The notes below the pieces were generated by a model. The model worked only from the letters and a program-made list of their open reading frames with translations. It had not been told where the DNA came from and did no database searches. From Segetibacter sp. (lineage in GTDB: Bacteria > Bacteroidota > Bacteroidia > Chitinophagales > Chitinophagaceae): 64,000 nt of DNA. Positions 58,377 through 64,000 of this stretch are shown in pieces (the stretch's first letter is position 1; each line of letters begins with the position of its first letter). The position numbers and the translations under genes are program-made. Where the stretch lies: NCBI GenBank assembly GCA_043733905.1, contig JAYTGA010000299.1, positions 85-64,084 on the forward strand. The letters run 5' to 3'.

Positions 58377-59398
58377 TACACCAATTCCGTTTCCAGAACG
58401 GGCAACCCCCGTGGTTTAAAATTCTTCACCTGTTCTGCAATGTGTTTGATGTGGTCGGGTGTGGTGCCGCAGCAGCCGCCAACTATGTTTACAAAACCTT
58501 CCTGCGCCCACTCTTCGATGATGTGCGCTGTTTCAGATGGCTCTTCGTCATATTCACCAAAGGCGTTGGGCAATCCGGCGTTGGGATAGGCAGAGGTAAA
58601 ACACTCTGCTATCTGGCTCAGTTCCTCAATGTGTGGCCGCATTTGGGTGGCACCCAAAGCACAGTTTAGCCCCACACTCAACGGGTTGGCATGACGAATG
58701 GAATTGTAAAATGCCTCCAGAGTTTGTCCGCTCAGGGTTCTGCCAGATGCATCGGTGATTGTTCCGCTTATCATGATAGGAATTTCCTGTAGTTTGTTTT
58801 CGCGGAAATATTTTTTGATGGCGTAAATGGCCGCTTTTGCATTCAGTGTATCAAAAATGGTTTCAATCAGCAAAATGTCCACACCACCATCCAGCAAGCC
58901 TTTTATTTGTTCAGTATAAGCCGTGGCGACTTCGTCGAAAGTGACGGCGCGATAGCCGGGATTGTTCACATCCGGCGACAGGCTCAGGGTTTTGTTGAGG
59001 GGGCCAATGGCACCCGCCACCCATGCAGCTTTGCGGCCTTTACCTTCTTCCGATGCAAGGAATTTTTTAATTGCATTTCTGGCACATGTTGCCGATACTA
59101 CATTCAGTTCATAAGCCAGCGATTGCATGTCATAATCAGCCTGTGCAATGCTGGTACTGCTGAATGTGTTGGTTTCAATAATATCTGCACCAGCAGATAG
59201 ATATTCGAGGTGAATGCCTTCTATGATAGATGGCTGTGTGATGCTGAGCAAATCATTGTTTCCCTGCACATCCTTATGCCAGTCTTTGAATCTTTCTCCA
59301 CGATAATCCTTTTCCTGCAACTTGTGGCGTTGTATCATTGTGCCCATAGCACCGTCAATAATCAGGATACGCTTTTTTAATTCAGTACGAATGTCCAT
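58376..59398 (-). CDS. metH: Homocysteine S-methyltransferase domain of methionine synthase (split metH, part 1)
   Basis: [37 protein letters not shown] and [12 protein letters not shown] motifs; start refined to ATG 59398. Confidence 0.95.
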   Translation of the reverse strand: MDIRTELKKRILIIDGAMGTMIQRHKLQEKDYRGERFKDWHKDVQGNNDLLSITQPSIIEGIHLEYLSAGADIIETNTFSSTSIAQADYDMQSLAYELNVVSATCARNAIKKFLASEEGKGRKAAWVAGAIGPLNKTLSLSPDVNNPGYRAVTFDEVATAYTEQIKGLLDGGVDILLIETIFDTLNAKAAIYAIKKYFRENKLQEIPIMISGTITDASGRTLSGQTLEAFYNSIRHANPLSVGLNCALGATQMRPHIEELSQIAECFTSAYPNAGLPNAFGEYDEEPSETAHIIEEWAQEGFVNIVGGCCGTTPDHIKHIAEQVKNFKPRGLPVLETELV

Positions 59399-59729
59399 AT
59401 ACTTTTCATTTAAGGCTGTGCTACACCGGGTAGCGTACAGCATATTATTTAATAAAGTAAAAAATACTTTTCCGCTGCTGCGAAATCCAATCTCCAGTAT
59501 TGTCTTTATTAATTTTTGTAAACGATTAACCCGAAAAAAGAGAAGAGTAGGTCGTTTATTAGTTCATGAAAGACAAAATGCCATGCAGGGTGAACAATAA
59601 ACAAATCCGCCTGCCGACAGTTGCAAAAATATGAAAAAACTGTGAAGAAGTAAAATGAAGTCATTTGATGATGCTGCTGCGGGACATGCAAAGTATGATT
59701 CGACCAAATAATTCTTAGTTTTACGGCCT

Positions 59730-60452
59730 ATGTGGATGATTTGTTTGAAAGAATGGCGACAATTTTTCAGCAGCCTGACGGGTTATATCGCTATCGTATT
59801 GTTCCTCCTGCTGATGGGGTTGTTCCTGTTTGTTTTTCCCGATTCCAGCATTTTGGATTTTGGATATGCTTCGCTGGATAATTTTTTCAGCATTGCACCT
59901 TACATCCTTCTTTTCCTGGTGCCGACCATTACCATGCGCAGCATGGCTGATGAGTATAAAAGCGGCACCTTTGAAATACTGAAAACCCTGCCTGTCAGTT
60001 CTTCAAAAATTGTTTTGGGAAAATATATCGGCTGCCTGCTTGTGGTGGCTGTGGCCCTTATTCCCACAGTGGTTTACGGCATCAGCCTGCAGCAATTGAG
60101 TGCAAAAGGTGGTATAGACATAGGGGCTGCAACAGGCAGCTATCTGGGTTTGATGATGCTGGCCGCTGTTTACACTTCGGTAGGCGTTTGTGCCAGTAGT
60201 TTTACCAACAATACGGTGGTTGCTTTTATAGTGGCAGCTTTCGTTTGCTTCCTGTTTTACAGCGGCTTTGCCGCTATCAGCAAGTTGCCTGTGTTGGCTG
60301 CCGGAGCGGGTTATTATGTGGGAATGTTGGGAATTGATTTTCATTACAAAAGCATTAGCCGCGGCGTGGTGGACACCAGAGATGTTGTTTATTTTTTGGC
60401 GGTGATCTGTTTGTTTTTGATGGTGACGGTTAGGAACGTGGAGAAAAGATAA
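59730..60452 (+). CDS. gldF: Gliding motility ABC transporter permease GldF
   Basis: KEWRQFFSSLTGYIAI, PTITMRSMADE..SGTFEIL.T.P and HYKSISRGVVDTRD motifs. Confidence 0.92.
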   Translation: MWMICLKEWRQFFSSLTGYIAIVLFLLLMGLFLFVFPDSSILDFGYASLDNFFSIAPYILLFLVPTITMRSMADEYKSGTFEILKTLPVSSSKIVLGKYIGCLLVVAVALIPTVVYGISLQQLSAKGGIDIGAATGSYLGLMMLAAVYTSVGVCASSFTNNTVVAFIVAAFVCFLFYSGFAAISKLPVLAAGAGYYVGMLGIDFHYKSISRGVVDTRDVVYFLAVICLFLMVTVRNVEKR

Positions 60453-60501
60453 GTTCACATTTTTATTGAGGAAAACAGTGAGATAATTATTGAAAAATAG
60501 A

Positions 60502-60774
60502 ATGGTTATTTTGGAGCTAAATGATAAAATGATGTCTCTGGCAATTTCAAAAGTCTGGGTTAATAATAGGAATATGCTTGTGTTGGGTTTGAACAATCAA
60601 AATGACATTCAAGTCCCATTGTCTTTGTATCCCCGATTGCAAAATGCCACAGAGCAACAAAGAAATAATTATGAGCTTTGGAATAATGGTAAATGGCTTC
60701 ATTGGGAAGATTTAGATGAAGACTTGTCCCTGGATGGATTTCTAAAATATCAAAACACAGAAAAAGCTGAATAA
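60502..60774 (+). CDS. DUF2442 domain protein (orphan)
   Basis: L.N..DI.VPLSLYPRL.NAT.QQR.NYEL...G..LHWEDLDEDLS.DG. Confidence 0.85.
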   Translation: MVILELNDKMMSLAISKVWVNNRNMLVLGLNNQNDIQVPLSLYPRLQNATEQQRNNYELWNNGKWLHWEDLDEDLSLDGFLKYQNTEKAE

Positions 60775-60784
60775 AATTACCCAA

Positions 60785-60845
60785 AAGTACAAGTGTGCGA
60801 CGCAACGGAAGATTCACAAAGTTGCTTCTTTGCCCGGCTCATAAA
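60785..60845 (+). repeat. REP/MITE-like short element
   Basis: AAGTACAAGTGTGCGACGCAACGGAAG...; shares GAYGCAACGGA with the element at 151-194. Confidence 0.4.
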
Positions 60846-60861
60846 AAATATTGAAGTTTAG

Positions 60862-62583
60862 ATGAACATCACCCAAAAAATACTACATCACAAACTCTGG
60901 TGGCTTTGGCTGCTGCTGCTTTTTGTGGCTGTCATTTATGTGGCTTCGCTGTCGCATTACAGGCTTGACCTTACCAAAGAAAAACGCTTTTCGCTCAGTT
61001 CTTCTACTAAAAAAATTCTAAGCGAACTGACCGATCCCGTGCAGATAGATGTCTATCTGACTGGCGACCTGAGTGCAGGTTTTAAGAAGCTGAATGTGGC
61101 AAGCGATGAACTGCTGAACGAGTTTAAAGAATATGCAAAAGGCAATCTTCAGTTTCGCTTTGTAAGACCCGGCGATGGACTGCCAGACAGCTTGCGATAC
61201 AAGGTCTATGACAGCCTGATTGGAATGGGCATCCGCCAGCCGTTTAACAACCAGATAACGGCTAAAGAAGGCGAAGAAAAAACGGAGCGGCTCATTTTTC
61301 CATCGGCGTTAGTGATGTATGAAAATAGGAAAATTCCCGTAGATCTGATGAGTGGCAAAAGCGGCATGGATGAAGAAAGCAGCCTTAATTATAGTGAGGC
61401 TTTGCTGGAATTTAAATTCGCAGATGCCATTGATAAACTGACACGGCGAAACATTCCTATTGTGGCCTATGCAGCGGGTAATGGAGAGCCACTGCCGCCC
61501 AATAGAACGGTTCAGGATTTGTTTACTCAAATGAGTAAGAATTACAAATTTGGTGTCATAGACATTAACAACGGTAACCTTGATGCCGATACCATCAACG
61601 CCTTGTTGATTGTAAAACCGGCCACCCCATTTAGCGAAGCTGAAAAACTGAAAATAGACCAATACATCATGAACGGCGGCAAGGTGCTGTGGTTTATTGA
61701 CAAGCTCTATGCAGAGTATGACAGCCTTGCAAGGACGCAAACAGAATTTGTTGCCTTTGACAAGAACCTGAACCTCGACGACATTTTGTTTAAGTACGGC
61801 GCAAGGATAAACGGCGACCTGCTGCAAGATAAAAAAAGTGCAAAACAACCAATGGTAGTAGGGATGCAAGGCAACCAGCCGCAAGTGGAGCGGGTGCCGT
61901 TTTACTATTATCCTTTGCTCAGTTCTCCTTCGGAAAATACGATTTCAAAAAACCTGGACGATGTACTGAGCATCTTTCCAGGAAGCATTGATACGGTGAA
62001 AGCGGCTGGAATAAAAAAGACGATTTTGCTGGCAAGCGACACCAACAGCCGCACATTGAGCACGCCTGCAATGGTGAGTTTAAAAAATATTGACCCGCAG
62101 CAAAGCAGCCGGGATTTTCAAAAAAGCTATTTGCCGGTGGCCGTGCTGCTGGAAGGAAAATTTACCTCGTTGTTTGCCAACAGAATGAGCCGCGAAATGC
62201 AGGACACACTTGCCATATATTCTTCCAAACCATTTTTGGCGCAAGGCTCAAAAAATGGTAAGCAAATAGTGGTAAGTGATGCGGACATTGTAACCAATGT
62301 AGTGACTAAAACAGAAGGCGCACTGCCCATGGGCGAGCAACAATATGAAAACTACCAGTTCGCCAACCGCGAATTTTTCATGAACTCTGTTGACTACATG
62401 GTGAACCCAAATGGAGTGCTACTGGCACGCAACAAAGATTTTACACTTCGCCTTTTGGACAAGCAAAAAATCCTTTCGCAAAAGACGTTTTGGCAACTCA
62501 TCAATATTGCGCTGCCAATCGGTTTGGTTATGCTGTTTGGCGGCGTGTACCAATGGTGGCGGAGGCGGAGGTTTGCTTTGTAG
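60862..62583 (+). CDS. gldG: Gliding motility ABC transporter auxiliary component GldG
   Basis: RLDLTKEKRFSLS, LDQ-like IDQYIM.GG, VAVLLEG.F.S.F.NR and N.EF..N.VDY motifs; follows gldF. Confidence 0.92.
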   Translation: MNITQKILHHKLWWLWLLLLFVAVIYVASLSHYRLDLTKEKRFSLSSSTKKILSELTDPVQIDVYLTGDLSAGFKKLNVASDELLNEFKEYAKGNLQFRFVRPGDGLPDSLRYKVYDSLIGMGIRQPFNNQITAKEGEEKTERLIFPSALVMYENRKIPVDLMSGKSGMDEESSLNYSEALLEFKFADAIDKLTRRNIPIVAYAAGNGEPLPPNRTVQDLFTQMSKNYKFGVIDINNGNLDADTINALLIVKPATPFSEAEKLKIDQYIMNGGKVLWFIDKLYAEYDSLARTQTEFVAFDKNLNLDDILFKYGARINGDLLQDKKSAKQPMVVGMQGNQPQVERVPFYYYPLLSSPSENTISKNLDDVLSIFPGSIDTVKAAGIKKTILLASDTNSRTLSTPAMVSLKNIDPQQSSRDFQKSYLPVAVLLEGKFTSLFANRMSREMQDTLAIYSSKPFLAQGSKNGKQIVVSDADIVTNVVTKTEGALPMGEQQYENYQFANREFFMNSVDYMVNPNGVLLARNKDFTLRLLDKQKILSQKTFWQLINIALPIGLVMLFGGVYQWWRRRRFAL

Positions 62584-62698
62584 CTTTTTTTAAAGAAACA
62601 ACTTGCAGCCTGTTAATGTTGCAATATCCTCATCCAACCAACACGTTTATCAACCCTATTTCAACTAATTTTACTTATCAAAAAAAGGGGTACAAGGC

Positions 62699-63667
62699 AT
62701 GTTGAGCAACTACTGGATATATTTCATTTTTGGGACAGTTTTGTTGATAGCCATTACTCTGGATTTGGGATTGCTGAGCAAAAAAAACAAAACTATTACT
62801 ACTAAAAAGGCATTGGTGCAAACAGGCTTTTGGGTAGTTTTATCTTTAGCGTTTGCTATTTTTCTTTGGATCCAGAAAAGCAATCTCGTGGCGATAAAAT
62901 ATACAACTGCTTACCTGATGGAGTGGAGCCTGAGCATTGATAATATTTTTGTCTTCATCCTTATTTTTTCTTTTTTAAAAGTGGAAGAGTCGGATGCAGG
63001 TAGAGCCTTGCTCATCGGCATTCTCCTGGCAATCGTTTTTAGAATCTTGTTCATTTCTGCCGGCATAGAAATCATTGACCGTTTTCATTGGATCATGTAT
63101 TTTTTTGGAGCATTTTTAGTTTTCACAGGTATCAAAATGTTTTTTCAAAAAGAAGAGAAAGAATACGATCCCTCGGCCAGTCGGATATACAAGATCAGCA
63201 AAAAAATATTCCGTCTAACTGATGATCTGCCAAAGGGCAGATTTGTTATCAGAAAAAATGGGGAACTATTTATCACATCCCTCGCTTTGGTTGTGCTAAT
63301 GCTTGGAGCTACCGATGTTGTGTTTGCCTTGGACAGCATTCCCACAGTTGTTTCGCTGGTGAGGCAAAAGGCGAATATTCCTTTTACAGCAGACGAACGA
63401 CTGGTCATTTATTCGTCCAATATATTTGCAGTGTTAGGCCTGAGAAGCTTGTTTTTTTTGCTGCGAAATGCGGTAAATACATTTGCCTATTTGCAGCAAG
63501 GGATAGCGGTTGTGCTTGTTTTCATTGGTGCAAAAATGCTGATAGAATATTTTGGCATTCACTTATCAGTTTATATTTCCCTGGTTGTAATTGTTGTTTG
63601 CCTTGGTGCTTCTATAGCGTTTTCGTTATACAAAAAAAGAGTGGGAAACACCGAAAGGATTGTTTAA
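62699..63667 (+). CDS. TerC/Alx family metal homeostasis membrane protein
   Basis: E.SLSIDNIFVF, DVVFALDSIP and SNIFAVLGLRSLFF motifs. Confidence 0.92.
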   Translation: MLSNYWIYFIFGTVLLIAITLDLGLLSKKNKTITTKKALVQTGFWVVLSLAFAIFLWIQKSNLVAIKYTTAYLMEWSLSIDNIFVFILIFSFLKVEESDAGRALLIGILLAIVFRILFISAGIEIIDRFHWIMYFFGAFLVFTGIKMFFQKEEKEYDPSASRIYKISKKIFRLTDDLPKGRFVIRKNGELFITSLALVVLMLGATDVVFALDSIPTVVSLVRQKANIPFTADERLVIYSSNIFAVLGLRSLFFLLRNAVNTFAYLQQGIAVVLVFIGAKMLIEYFGIHLSVYISLVVIVVCLGASIAFSLYKKRVGNTERIV

Positions 63668-63697
63668 TTTTTATCAAATTTTATTTTCAAAAAAACT

Positions 63698-64000
63698 TTG
63701 AAATATTCAATCTCTGACATTGCTGCTATTATAAAAGGAAAAGAAAGCCTTTGCTTTCCCACCACCGTTATAGAACAACTTTTAATTGATAGCCGCCGGT
63801 TGGTTTCGCCGTCTTCCACCTTTTTTATAGCACTTCAAAGCAGCCGCAGAAATGGGGAAGATTTTGTTTCGGAAATGTATGATGTGGGTGTCCGATGTTT
63901 CATGGTAACAGAAGGTTTTTACACTAAGCCATTTCCAGAAGGGAATTTTATAAAAACCAAAGACCCGCTCAGGGCTTTGCAGGCAATTGCAGCGCATCAC
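63698..64000 (+). CDS. alr: Bifunctional MurF/alanine racemase, N-terminal part (runs off window; missed by the ORF track)
   Basis: TTG start; MKYSISDIAAII...IEQLLIDSRRL.SPSSTFFIAL...NG..F...Y..GVR.F.V...DPLRALQAIAAHH is the Mur-ligase N-terminus of the Bacteroidota MurF-Alr fusion. Confidence 0.8.
   Translation, partial: MKYSISDIAAIIKGKESLCFPTTVIEQLLIDSRRLVSPSSTFFIALQSSRRNGEDFVSEMYDVGVRCFMVTEGFYTKPFPEGNFIKTKDPLRALQAIAAHH

Noticed and set aside
59400-59640. SAM riboswitch upstream of metH
   Set aside because: A TATTTTTG promoter-like box and hairpins (GCTGT/ACAGC, GCAGG/CCTGC) are present, but I could not match SAM-I or SAM-II conserved cores by eye; an Infernal/Rfam scan is needed.

Overview
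This 64-kb window comes from a Bacteroidota genome that looks Chitinophagaceae-like (gldC/gldF/gldG, T9SS cargo proteins, TAnnTTTG promoter boxes). The core genes are a thioredoxin-like protein, a PPIase, a GT4 glycosyltransferase, gldC, yqeY, cvpA, an M1 aminopeptidase, icmF, gabD, pheS, a split metH, gldF/gldG, a TerC protein and a partial murF-alr. Accessory DNA interrupts them at several points. (1) An AT-rich gene resembling phage BECR-fold RNases sits convergent to a promoter- and terminator-bounded, 87-nt cloverleaf-shaped RNA (6.2-6.9 kb). (2) A defence island (19.4-30.3 kb) holds a PLD-helicase, DUF1016, an Eco57I-like methyltransferase and a truncated AAA ATPase. It ends in an array of toxin-antitoxin units separated by five copies of a hairpin repeat that matches no attC or CRISPR pattern and truncates genes at a C(C/T)GCTG core. 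(3) A secreted-protein and two-component region (30.6-45.6 kb) carries a duplicated 32-nt leader element and shared ACGG/CCGT boxes. (4) ORF6N and GxxExxY genes, each with its own palindrome or repeat family, lie between the two metH halves. Several short repeat families also sit in frame inside coding sequences. No rRNA, canonical tRNA, CRISPR array or intact integrase/transposase was seen. All family calls come from motif recognition by eye, not database searches.
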